The notes beneath the pieces are model-generated. The model ran no database searches and had not been told where the DNA came from. It saw only the letters and a list, made by a program, of their open reading frames with translations. Source: Podarcis muralis (taxonomy: Eukaryota). From it: a stretch of 64,000 nt of DNA. Location: assembly GCF_964188315.1 (NCBI RefSeq), contig NC_135658.1, forward strand, positions 66,712,001-66,776,000, read 5' to 3'. Shown here in pieces: positions 13,601 through 22,761 of the stretch (positions are counted from its first letter, which is position 1; every line of letters starts with the position of its first letter). The position numbers and the translations under genes are program-made.

Positions 13601-14625
13601 AGGACATTCTGTATCGATAAGTCCAAACTCTGAAGAACAACAGTTCCGTAGCCTTTACTGGGAATAGTGTGGTCATCCGCCTGGTGAATCGCACCTTCCT
13701 GCGGTGTAAAAGACACAAACAGTCTTTTGTCGTTGCACATGTGGTGGGTCGCCGCCGAATCAACAACGAAGAAAGATCTAGACTTCTTCTGGACCTCTGC
13801 AACCTTTGGAGTGAAGCGTGAAACCATAGCCTTGTGCTGCGTTGTCCTAGACACCGGACCTTTGCCTTTGCCTCGGCCTTTTCCGCGCGATGAGCTTTCG
13901 CTGCGCTGCTCTGTCTTGGCCTTGGGATATCTGCATTCCCTCTTCATATGGCCTAGACGTCCACACGAGTAGCATTTCACTGCCTTCAAAGCTTTGGCGC
14001 CATCTGGTGGTTCCACTGCACTATGGGATGACGTCTGTGAAGACTCCCCCTTGCCCATGCAGCTAGCACCCCGGCGATCTGCTTCATTTAAAACCACGGC
14101 AGTAACATAATCCACTGTCAGCTGAGCTGTTGGCTGCACAGCAATCTGGGTTGCAACAGACTCCCAACCTGAACCCAAAGATTGTAGTATCATGAAAGAA
14201 TACACAGCCTCTGGAAAGTTGAGTCCTCTCTGTTGCAGCTCATGTCTCAGATTTTGCATCTCCATCAGATGTAAACGCACATCTCCACCTTCAGCAAGAG
14301 CCATATTATGCAGCTTGTTAAAGTAAAACATAGTAGATCCAGCTTCTGTCCTTAAGTGAGCCTCTCTCAAAGAATCCCAAATTTCTCTGGCTGAGGTCTT
14401 ATCACGCAATAGACAGAGCTCTTCTGGGGATACTATCAATGTAAGTGTTCCCCGTGCTTTGGAATCCTTAGCTTTCCATGCATCTGTAACTGGAGCTGGG
14501 GGGGTTTCTGTAATCACCTCAAACAAACCCTCTTTCCGCAGAATTGCCTCTGCATACAAAACCCAGTCCGCATAATTTTTCTTGTTGAGCTTAGGAATCC
14601 CACAAGCATCCTGAAGGGCCATCAT
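10621..14625 (-). CDS. Copia gag-pol polyprotein, 1334 aa, uninterrupted
   Basis: Gag zinc knuckle CYSCGRLGHMKREC; protease FVVDSAATHHM; integrase HRKFGH..CKAC and DDE core (HADLVGP / SDRGGEF / GLAERAN); RT LFYVDDLL; RNase H FADASFG..EAEL..DNKAC..ADVLSK. Confidence 0.97.
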   Translation of the reverse strand: MMALQDACGIPKLNKKNYADWVLYAEAILRKEGLFEVITETPPAPVTDAWKAKDSKARGTLTLIVSPEELCLLRDKTSAREIWDSLREAHLRTEAGSTMFYFNKLHNMALAEGGDVRLHLMEMQNLRHELQQRGLNFPEAVYSFMILQSLGSGWESVATQIAVQPTAQLTVDYVTAVVLNEADRRGASCMGKGESSQTSSHSAVEPPDGAKALKAVKCYSCGRLGHMKRECRYPKAKTEQRSESSSRGKGRGKGKGPVSRTTQHKAMVSRFTPKVAEVQKKSRSFFVVDSAATHHMCNDKRLFVSFTPQEGAIHQADDHTIPSKGYGTVVLQSLDLSIQNVLYVPDAKHNLLSVGQLIERNIDVSFKNKKCIITKKNDYVLYAEYVDRLFVLYYDDVVQDDTCCIAGSNKSLHAECIHDFHRKFGHLHFEAVSKMPALVEGMTIKPCKYHMKCKACAANKVKMAAKGKVSSRQATEPYQIVHADLVGPLAPSLGGNRYFMVLVDAFSRYIFVYNLKQKSEAFPRFKEFCAWLENVHGKKIKTLFSDRGGEFTSQQFEAFLTEKGIQHDLSSPRSPWQNGLAERANQTLLQGLKTLLHDANLPESYWAESLSCFVYSYNRRLSSAIGCTPYEKMFGKKPYIKHMKIFGSDMWIHSPQNSKLDKRGLHGIFLGYQKGSYRIMMTDSKTIKLTRSVEYNAKWGENVGIFQCYPDDGDETEDSQKQPQQPTPTDEGSESESETESGDSEDFKSAKASMRPSESSDREELEEPLFTIDRFSPKKEEESVEDLRLIRRSQRATKGKPPKRFADEFATIAVTAVKSSKKVFEPSSFQEIQGLDSKEAEPWLNAMKAELDSLERNKTWELVPVVPGMKLLGSKWVFKAKTDQNGKIVRHKARLVARGFAQVPGEDYHETYSPTVRYESIRLMLKLAAEENLHISHHDINTAFLYGSLDESLYMLPPDGVQVKQGFVCALKKSLYGLKQSARCWHTKLTEVLFSLGFKQGKADPCVFVKEEGQKKLYCLFYVDDLLFFWKDVAMYNNALAQLKEHFDMKDLGEVSNYLSLEIERDQDGNILVHQSRKIADVLSKLNLMDANPVDTPMTTGYQVDDTEEAFSDTTLYRSVLGKLNFIARCSRPDIAVSCNLLSRQVNNPSVKDWKALKRIARYLKGTMHYRLRFNNQKSGGLEIFADASFGSDTTDRKSTSGVCYMYNQGLFDWSCKKQTTVSLSTCEAELNALSYSLKDCEWLVQLCKDMKIPVKCPIQVYQDNKACLALLKSEGCKQSTKHLQLKLQHARECIQKGLVTVSYISGNEIPADVLSKVVSRDQHCTYVQKLGLY

Positions 14626-14947
14626 GATTCTGGCATTAGCCTTCAGCGTTATATATGCTGCTTTAAATCTTGCTGCGTCACCGCTGCAGCTGCTTTATTC
14701 CAAAGGCGCACTTAAAAGTTACTTTCGATTTCCCCAGCATAGTAACTTGTGCCTGGGAGCCTTTTGCGTATTCCCGGCAAAACGGCTTTAAAAGTTCAAA
14801 GTCCAGCCATAAAGCCATTAACTGGAAGCTGGCAGGCTGCCCGGAGCAGTAGCACATACCTCATCAATCATGTTTACGCGCAGAGCAGATTCCGATCCGA
14901 TCCGTCCCTCTGCATTCCGATCCTTTGCCGGCACTCCGATTCGACCT

Positions 14948-14961
14948 CTGGGCCCATAACC
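14948..14961 (-). promoter_or_regulatory. Primer-binding site GGTTATGGGCCCAG, complementary to the anticodon arm of initiator tRNA-Met (half-tRNA priming)
   Basis: The plus strand reads CTGGGCCCATAACC, the anticodon-arm sequence of vertebrate tRNAiMet. This is the same PBS type as Drosophila copia. Confidence 0.9.
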
Positions 14962-14964
14962 ACG

Positions 14965-15275
14965 TGTTGGTGTAAAGCAGAGTTCCGTGCCCAGCGGAAG
15001 GATGAGGAGTACGTACTACATACTCTATATTGCTTTATTTACAGTTCAAAGCTGGTATATTACAGAAAGACATCTTGCCTCTGCCGGAGCAGATAATGCA
15101 TCCTCTCTCCTCGACAGCTTGGAGAGAATCACACAGTGAAAAACAGGAAACCAGTGTACGTCACATCCAGTCTCCCTTTCCCGTGAGAAACTCCAACAGT
15201 ACAGACTGTGGAATGTAAACACCTGTCTCGTGACAAGCCCTTTCGCTGCACAGTGAAGGAAAGCAGAAACCAACA
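14965..15275 (-). repeat. 5' LTR of the copia element
   Basis: Direct repeat of 10263-10573; the PBS lies 3 nt inside. Confidence 0.97.
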
Positions 15276-15468
15276 GGCAGGAGCTCACCCCGTCGTGTGG
15301 ATTCGAACCACCGACCTTCTGATCGGCAAATCCTAGGCTCTGGGGTTTAACTCACAGCGCCACCCGCGTCCCTAACAGGAAAGATTAGACCAAGCTAAAA
15401 AGAGTGGATTCTTCACCTTGAATATCTTGACTCAAGGTTTCTCCTCCATTCACATCTTCTCTTTTATA

Positions 15469-15694
15469 CAGTGGTACCTTGGGTTACAGACGCTTCAGGT
15501 TACAGACTCCGCTAACCCAGAAATAGTACCTCGGGTTAAGAACTTTGCTTCAGGATGAGAACAGAAATCGTGCTCCAGCAGCGCGGTGGCAGCAGGAGGC
15601 CCCATTAGCTAAAGTGGTGCTTCAGGTTAAGAACAGTTTCAGGTTAAGAACAGACCTCCAGAACGAATTAAGTTCTTAACCCGAGGTACCACTG
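15469..15694. mobile_element. Tc1/mariner-type MITE, opposite orientation
   Basis: CAGTGGTACC..GGTACCACTG, TA on both sides. Confidence 0.88.
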
Positions 15695-16747
15695 TATTAC
15701 TGAAAATTGTCTTTCTTTAGCTTTACTGATTCATATTTTAATTTAACTGATAGATTTAATTCATGTATGGAGAGCAACTTTGGGAAATGTACCTTGAAGA
15801 TGCTATTGCGAGAAGAGGAGTAACTGAGTTCTGGGACCTTCGGAAATTTTAATAAAACTGAGCAGTATCCAATGAAGTACATCTGCACAAGTTTCTGCTT
15901 GTTCAATGGAACTTCCCCTTCCTCTCCTCTCTCTGTACCCCCTCTCCAAATCTGCTCCAGAGCATTGGGAGAAAACCCAGGCAGAAAGAAGAGGGAGGGG
16001 AAGTTTTGCTGCACAGCCAAAAGTCCTTGTACCAATGGAAGCACTTTTTTTTGGACATAGCCCAAATTACACATTTAAACACCAAGTACCATACTTGGTG
16101 GTCCTTTAGGAACATATGAACTTAGGAAGCTGTCTTATACTAAGTCAGACCATTGGTCCATCTAGTTTAGTATTGTCTACACTGACTGGCAGCAGCTCTC
16201 CAGGATTTCAGACAGGACAACATAATGCCTGTTGGAATCCTTACAACAATATTATAAAATAGATTATTGTTATTATTACCCCAAGATGGGCAGGCAACTG
16301 AGTTGAGAGGGTTTGCCTAGGATCACGGCAGAGGGAAGTCTCAGGGTCTTTTATCTCAGCATTGTAGCCACTATGCTATGCTGTCTCTTTGGTGTGTGCT
16401 ACATTTTAGTCCTTGGCCATAGTACCATAGTATCCGCTTACCTCCATTTACCTCTTAGATACAGAAAGCCTGCATCTAAGCAGCAGCTATGAATAATTTG
16501 CTAAGGTTCGGTGAAGAGCTGCTTAGAGCTCACTGCACCCTACCTGTAGCAGGCTCCAGATGGAGGCAGGGGGTAAGGTAAATGTCACACAGCTAGGAAG
16601 TACACAAGCCATTAATTTTGCAAATTACATAAGCAACCCAACTGAGATATCTTTTGCTCGGTACTGGGCTTCTCTAAGCAGATTTCACAACGTCCAAAAA
16701 CAAATTTCTCTACATGCTTGGAATGATTTGTCCTAGGCAGCTGATCA

Positions 16748-17511
16748 TGGCTAGTAGCCACCGATAGCCCTCTCACCCATGAATTTGTCTATCCTCTTTG
16801 AAAACCATCCAGGTTAGTGGCTGTCACTGCCTTCTGTGGGAGTGAGTGCCATAGTTTAACTGTGCACTGCATGGATAAGTCCTTTCTTTTATCTTTCCTG
16901 AATCTTCCAACATTCAACTCCATGTGTTATGAGAGAGGAAGAAAAACTTTTCTCTGTCTGATTTCTCCATGCCATGCATAATTTTATAAACTTCTATCAC
17001 ATCCCCTGGGACATGGGTGGCGCTGTGGGTTAAACCACAGAGCCTAGGGCTTGCCGATCAGAAGGTCGCGGTTCGAATCCCTGCGACGGGGTGAGCTCCC
17101 ATTGTTTGGTCCCTGCTCCTGCCAACCTAGCAGTTTGAAAGCACGTCAGAGTGCAAGTAGATAAATAGGTACCACTATGGTGGGAAGGTAACGGACGTTT
17201 CCATGCGCTGCTCTGGTTCGCCAGAAGCGGCTTAGTCATGCTGGCCACATGGCCTATAAAGCGAGATGAGCCCTGCAACCCCAGAGTCAGTCACGACTGG
17301 ACCTAACGGTCAGGGGTCCCTTTACCTTTACCTATCATGTCCCCTCTTACCTTTTCTCTTAACTAAAAAGTTCCAAATGCTGCAACCCTTCCTCATAGGG
17401 AAGTCACTCCATTCCCTTGATAATTTTGATAGTCCTTTTCTGAACCTTTAACAACTCTACAATATCCTTTTCTAGGTGAGCTGACGTGACCAGAACCACA
17501 CACAATATTCC
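16748..17511 (-). mobile_element. CR1 LINE relic, left part (host of a SINE and of the L1)
   Basis: Rejoining across the L1 TSD gives ...RLHLEYCVWFW on the minus strand, the CR1 RT motif RPHLEYCVQFW; CR1-like 3' sequence lies to the left. Confidence 0.75.
17008..17331 (+). mobile_element. Sauria SINE inserted in a CR1 relic
   Basis: tRNA-related head, ACCTTT tail, 14-bp TSD with 2 mismatches (16994-17007 and 17332-17345). Confidence 0.93.
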
Positions 17512-17839
17512 TTTTTTTTTTTTTAATTTTTTTTTATTAGATTTTATTAGAAAAAAATTACACGTTACACATCATAAATCAGATACATATATACACACAG
17601 TTAAAAAGGTAAAAGAAACAGAAAGAAGAAGAAAACGAATTACAAAGTTTCCTATCTTATTCCAGATTGGAATAAGATGAAGGAGTTAAAAAGACAAAAG
17701 GAAAGAAAAGAAAAAGAAAAAGGAAGAAAAAGGAAAGAAGCGGAAAAAAAGCAAACTTCCGTTCAACTTAGTATGGAATTACATAACCATCATATAATCT
17801 TTACAGTAGAGTTTACAATTGTATTATACATCGAGGGTG

Positions 17840-20800
17840 TTAACTATCTTCTGCTGTTGTATTATTAATGCCAATATTATTCTTAACATAAATTAAAAAA
17901 TTCTTCCATTCATCTTTATGTTTCATGGTGTTATTTTGCCTTATTTTCTGAGTTAATCTCGCTAGTTCTATGTATTGATATAATTTCACTTGCCACTCTC
18001 CGATCGTGGGAATATCTGGAGATTTCCATTTTTGTGCAATTAGGATCCTGGCTGCAGCTGACGCATATTGGAAGAAGGTTCGATCCGGTTTTTTAATTTC
18101 CTCATCAATCATACCCAGAAGAAACAATTCAGGTTTTTTGGGGAAGTTATATTTTAAGATTTTTTTCAGTTCATCATAAATCATTCCCCAGAATTCCTTT
18201 ACTGCCTCACAAGTCCACCACATGTGGAAAAAAGTCCCAATCTTATCTTTACATCTCCAGCAGCAATTATCAACGGTCTTATACATCTTTCCTAACTTTG
18301 CTGGAGTCAGGTACCAACGGTACACCATCTTCTCTAAGTTTTCTCTGAGGGTTGCACACGCTGTGAATTTCATACCCTTCCCCCAAAGTGTTCGCCATTT
18401 ATTATAATCAATATTATATCCTAGGTCTCTATCCCACTTTACCATCCCGCCCTTCACCAGGTCCTCTCTTGTATCCCATTCCAATAGTTGTTTATATAAT
18501 TTAGAGAGGTGTTTATCATTACTCTCTAGGATTTCCACCTGGTATCTTGATTTTTTATCCCTCACCCCCTGTTTCTTGTGCTCACCCCACAGTGCGTTAA
18601 TCTGGTGAAAGAGTAGCCATTCTTTTATCTTATCTTTCAACTCATCATAAGGTTTTATCTTCCAACCCTCTTCTGTCTTTGTCAAAAGATCCTCATAGGT
18701 CCATCTTTCCTCCGTCATGTTTGGTTTTTTTAATCTAATGATGTCCACTGGGGAGAGCCACCAGGGGGTCCCTTTTTCAATCAATTTTTTATATCTATTC
18801 CACACCGCCAAAAGTGAACCTCTAATTATATGGCTTGAAAACCCTCTATGCACCTCACCTTTCCCCTGCCACAGGTAAGCGTGCCACCCGAACCTAATGT
18901 CAAAGCCCTCCAAATCCAATAAATCAGTATTCCTAAGGGTGGCCCACTCCTTTAACCAACTTAAACAGGCTGCCTCGTGATATAACTTTAGATTCGGTAC
19001 CGCAAACCCCCCTCTCTCTCTTGCATCTGTCAGGTATTTAAACTTTATCCTGGCTCTCTTCCCCTGCCAGATAAACTTAGTCAATATTTTTTGCCAGTTG
19101 CTAAAACGAGTGATGCCCTTGATTATCGGGATATTTTGAAACAGAAACAATAACCTTGGAAGGATACACATTTTAATCGCCGCCATCCTCCCCGTCCATG
19201 AGAGCTTCAGCCTCTGCCAGGTATCCAGATCTTTTTTAATTTCTTGCCAAATCTTGTCATAATTATCTTCAACCAAATTTATATTTTTTGGAGATAGCCA
19301 AATTCCTAAATATTTTACCTTATTCACAATTTTAATGCCCGTCTTTTGTTCCAATTGGTTTTTATCTTCATTTGCCAGATTCTTTGTTAAAATTTTTGTT
19401 TTCTTCCTATTTAGTCTAAATCCTGACAGTCTGCCGAATTCCTCTAACAATTCAATCAACTTGCAAACGCTGTCCAATGGTTCTTCCAGGGATAGGACTA
19501 GGTCATCTGCATAGGCCTTTAGCTTGAATTCTTTCCTTCCAATTCTAATACCCTTCACATTCCCAGCATCTCTTATTCTGTTTGCAATGACTTCCAAGAC
19601 CATTATAAATAGCAAGGGGGACAAAGGACAACCCTGTCTTGTACCTTTTTCAATCTTAAATGGTTTGGTCAAGTTGTTGTTTATGATCAGCATAGCCTGT
19701 TGTTCCGAATATATTGCTCTGATGCCTTTCAAATAGGGGCCTTCAATACCTGCCTTTTCCAAGCATACTAATAGGAATTCCCAGGAAACGTTATCAAACG
19801 CCTTTTCGGCGTCTATAAAGATAAGGGCGGCTGGGACATCTATCCTTGTTTCTAAATATTCAATAATATTTAATATATGACGAACGTTGTCTTTCTGATA
19901 ACGATTAGGAAGAAATCCCGCCTGGTCTTTATGTATATGTTTCATTAATAGCCTCTTCAGTCTACTAGCCATTATATCGGCAAAGATCTTATAATCATTA
20001 TTAAGCAGAGAGATTGGCCTAAAATTTTTTATGTCTGTTTTCTCAGTTTCTGATTTTGGGACCAAAGTTATATATGCCTCCTTCCAGGAGCCAGGAATTT
20101 TCCCTCCCTGGAGGATATTATTAATAACATCTCTAAGTACCGGAGCAAGGAGTTCTCCTAATGTTTTATAATATTTTGAGGGCAGACCATCTGGCCCAGG
20201 GGCCTTACCATTTTTCATCCTATTAATGGCCTCAATAACTTCATTTACAGTAACTTCCCTGTTTAACCACGCTCTGTCCTCTTCTAAGATATATTTTCCT
20301 CTATCCTGCTCCAAGTATCTTTCAATTTCTATTCTATCTTCTGTCCCTCTCTCATATAACTTTCCAAAAAACTGAACAAACCCTTTTTCTATTTCCTCTG
20401 GATCTTCAATAATATTATCTTCCATCATTATCTTACTTATCACATTTTGCTTTTTCCTCTTCCTCAGCTGCCACGCAAGCAACTTTCCCATTTTATTCGC
20501 CGATTCAAAATACCTCTGCTTCATATATTTGATTCTCCAGTCCGATTCTTGGCTTAATATAGCTGAATACTGGGCCTGCAGCACCTTTATAGCACGAATA
20601 ACCTCCTCATCTGCTGGATTTATGGTCAATTTCCTCTCAAAGTTTCTCAATTCTGTAAGAATTTCTACTTTCTTTTGTTCTCGCATTTTCCTCCTGTAAT
20701 TATTTTGTTGAATTAGGATACCCCTCATGACCGACTTACTGGCATCCCATACCATATCTATGGTGGGTTCCCCCTTCAGATTCCAGTCAAAATACTCCTT

Positions 20801-21598
20801 CAGGGCGCCTTTAACCTTTTCTTTCACATCGTCTATATCCAATAGATTTTCATCCAGCCTCCATCTAAATTGTCCCTTAGATCCCCCTTTAATTTCCATA
20901 ACCAGTGCACAGTGATCAGAAAGCGTCCTGGGTAAGATTTCACATCTTTTTACTCTTAATATAAGATTTCTTGTCGCCCAAATTTGGTCTATTCTTCCCC
21001 AGCTTTGATGAGGTTCTGAATAGTAAGTGAATTGCTTGGAGGTAGGATTTTTATACCTCCACACATCGATTAGATCCAGATTCTCCTCCAGGTCTTTAAA
21101 AGATTTCGGCAGCTTTCCCCTATCTGAGTTCCCTCTCTTTTCGCTCCTATCCAACTCCGGCACTGGGACCCCGTTAAGGTCCCCAAGCAGGATTAGTTTA
21201 TGCGTTTCTAGATCTAGCAGAATTCTTTCGAGTTTCTCATAAAACTCTGCTTTATTTTTATTCGGGGCGTATACCGTCACAACATTGATTTTTCCCCCCT
21301 GAAAATTTAACTGTACCCCTAGAATTCTCCCTTCTTCATCTTTACAAATTTGTATGGGATCCCACTTCTCTTTTACATATATCACAACACCTTTCTTTTT
21401 ATTTATCTCCGAATTTATGAACTCTACTCCTAATTTTTTGTTCTTCAAGATATGTTTATGTTTTTTCGCGATATGCGTTTCCTGGAAGCAGATTACATCA
21501 TAGTTTTTGTTTTTCAATACTCTCTCGATTTTATTCCTTTTAACTTTCTCATTCAAACCATTTACATTCCAGGATAAAAAGTTTAGTTTGTGTGTTAT
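17840..21598 (-). CDS. L1 ORF2p (APE endonuclease, reverse transcriptase, Cys-rich C-terminus), ~1252 aa; frame open but no AUG at the start
   Basis: The frame continues upstream of the track's TTG start through I-T-H-K-L-N-F-L-S-W-N-V-N-G-L-N (endonuclease motif I) to a TAA at 21610-21608. Motifs: FQETH, LGDLNG, GRID, SDH; KAPGPDG, DAEKAFD, GTRQGCPLSP, AYADD; CWRC..HMWWTC. Confidence 0.93.
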   Translation of the reverse strand: MTHKLNFLSWNVNGLNEKVKRNKIERVLKNKNYDVICFQETHIAKKHKHILKNKKLGVEFINSEINKKKGVVIYVKEKWDPIQICKDEEGRILGVQLNFQGGKINVVTVYAPNKNKAEFYEKLERILLDLETHKLILLGDLNGVPVPELDRSEKRGNSDRGKLPKSFKDLEENLDLIDVWRYKNPTSKQFTYYSEPHQSWGRIDQIWATRNLILRVKRCEILPRTLSDHCALVMEIKGGSKGQFRWRLDENLLDIDDVKEKVKGALKEYFDWNLKGEPTIDMVWDASKSVMRGILIQQNNYRRKMREQKKVEILTELRNFERKLTINPADEEVIRAIKVLQAQYSAILSQESDWRIKYMKQRYFESANKMGKLLAWQLRKRKKQNVISKIMMEDNIIEDPEEIEKGFVQFFGKLYERGTEDRIEIERYLEQDRGKYILEEDRAWLNREVTVNEVIEAINRMKNGKAPGPDGLPSKYYKTLGELLAPVLRDVINNILQGGKIPGSWKEAYITLVPKSETEKTDIKNFRPISLLNNDYKIFADIMASRLKRLLMKHIHKDQAGFLPNRYQKDNVRHILNIIEYLETRIDVPAALIFIDAEKAFDNVSWEFLLVCLEKAGIEGPYLKGIRAIYSEQQAMLIINNNLTKPFKIEKGTRQGCPLSPLLFIMVLEVIANRIRDAGNVKGIRIGRKEFKLKAYADDLVLSLEEPLDSVCKLIELLEEFGRLSGFRLNRKKTKILTKNLANEDKNQLEQKTGIKIVNKVKYLGIWLSPKNINLVEDNYDKIWQEIKKDLDTWQRLKLSWTGRMAAIKMCILPRLLFLFQNIPIIKGITRFSNWQKILTKFIWQGKRARIKFKYLTDARERGGFAVPNLKLYHEAACLSWLKEWATLRNTDLLDLEGFDIRFGWHAYLWQGKGEVHRGFSSHIIRGSLLAVWNRYKKLIEKGTPWWLSPVDIIRLKKPNMTEERWTYEDLLTKTEEGWKIKPYDELKDKIKEWLLFHQINALWGEHKKQGVRDKKSRYQVEILESNDKHLSKLYKQLLEWDTREDLVKGGMVKWDRDLGYNIDYNKWRTLWGKGMKFTACATLRENLEKMVYRWYLTPAKLGKMYKTVDNCCWRCKDKIGTFFHMWWTCEAVKEFWGMIYDELKKILKYNFPKKPELFLLGMIDEEIKKPDRTFFQYASAAARILIAQKWKSPDIPTIGEWQVKLYQYIELARLTQKIRQNNTMKHKDEWKNFLIYVKNNIGINNTTAEDS

Positions 21599-21642
21599 TG
21601 TTTTCCTTTATCTGCTACGGTTTCACTGACCAAAGTCCCAAA

Positions 21643-22761
21643 CTAGATTCTGCTGCCTCTGCTACCAGAGGGCTCCTCCTCCTCTGCCGTCCCTGCTCCC
21701 ACCACGGCCTCATCAATTTCCTCATCTGATCCTTCCGACCTCTCCTCCCTCTCTCGACCCCCATCCTCCCCCATCCTCCCCACCTCCACCTCCCCCTCCC
21801 CCCCATTCCCCGGCCTATTCTCTGTTCTTCCCAAGTCTTTCTCATACCTTCTCAAAAACTTTTCAGCTTCCTGTATGTCCATCAATCTAAATTTCTTTTC
21901 CTTATAATAGAAAGTGATCCCTTCCGGGAACTCCCATCTAAAGTGTATCCCATTTCTCTTCAAGGCAGCTACCACCTGTTTATATCTCTCTCTTTTACGT
22001 AATAACCTGACCGGGATTTCTTTGTAAATAATAATGGGTCTTCCATCAATTCTTAATCTGTTATGGTAGCTCTTCCTTAAAATTAAATTTTTCATTTCCA
22101 CTGATTTGAAGATCACCAAACAGTCTCCCAAGAATTTACTGTTTCTAAATTGCTTAGGTCTCGACATCCTAAAAACATTTTCTATAGAAGAAGCCAGTTC
22201 CTCCTCCCTTATATCCAGCCATTTAGAGAGTTCACTAATCATTTTTCCTCTTATGTCTTCGTTTCTTTCCTCTGCTACTCCCCTAAATTTCAAATGTAAC
22301 TGCTTTTGTCTCATGTCCGCCATGGCTAGATTGTCCCAGATCCTCTCTTGTGAGCTGCTTAATTCTCTCATCTCTTCTTTCATCTTTATTGTCTCCTTCC
22401 TTTGTTCCCTCATCTCCTTCTGTAATTTCCTATTAGATTCTTCAATTATTTTGGACTTAACAGAGAGGTCTTGTATTTTAGCCGAGAGTTCCCCAACTGC
22501 TCCTTCTATCCTTTTATCAATTCTTTCTTGCATCTCTCCTAACTTATTTTCCATACATAAAATATTTTGTTTAAACTCTTCCTTTATTCTCACCCACAGA
22601 TTGTCTAGATCTTTGATTTCTTCCTGTCGGGACCATTTCCTTTCCCCTGGAGTCCCACCCCCTTTCTTCCCATCCTTCCCATCCCTCCCCGCCATTCCCA
22701 ATTTTCCCCTCCCTATTACTTTCCCTTTCCTTCTCCTACCTTCTACTCCCCTAGGTCCCAC
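21643..22761 (-). CDS. L1 ORF1p (coiled coil, RRM and CTD type), 372 open codons; start uncertain (GTG at the open end, first AUG at 22695, or a spliced start from 23754)
   Basis: Heptad-rich coiled coil, then LKFRGVAEERNED, VFRMSR, DCLVIF, IIIYKEIP..LRKR, FRWEFPEG, typical of vertebrate L1 ORF1. It lies directly upstream of ORF2. Confidence 0.9.
   Translation of the reverse strand: MGPRGVEGRRRKGKVIGRGKLGMAGRDGKDGKKGGGTPGERKWSRQEEIKDLDNLWVRIKEEFKQNILCMENKLGEMQERIDKRIEGAVGELSAKIQDLSVKSKIIEESNRKLQKEMREQRKETIKMKEEMRELSSSQERIWDNLAMADMRQKQLHLKFRGVAEERNEDIRGKMISELSKWLDIREEELASSIENVFRMSRPKQFRNSKFLGDCLVIFKSVEMKNLILRKSYHNRLRIDGRPIIIYKEIPVRLLRKRERYKQVVAALKRNGIHFRWEFPEGITFYYKEKKFRLMDIQEAEKFLRRYEKDLGRTENRPGNGGEGEVEVGRMGEDGGREREERSEGSDEEIDEAVVGAGTAEEEEPSGSRGSRI

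Larger units (their letters stand above)
10263..15275 (-). mobile_element. Full-length Ty1/copia LTR retrotransposon (5013 bp), apparently intact
   Basis: Two 311-bp LTRs with TGTTGG...CCAACA termini, GGCAG 5-bp TSD (10258-10262 and 15276-15280), PBS, PPT, and a single gag-pol ORF with copia domain order PR-IN-RT-RH. Confidence 0.98.
10021..15371 (-). mobile_element. Sauria SINE split by the copia insertion (SINE parts 10021-10262 and 15281-15371)
   Basis: The two parts are colinear with the other SINE copies in the window. 17-bp TSD CTAACAGG(G/A)AAGATTAG at 10004-10020 and 15372-15388. Confidence 0.93.
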
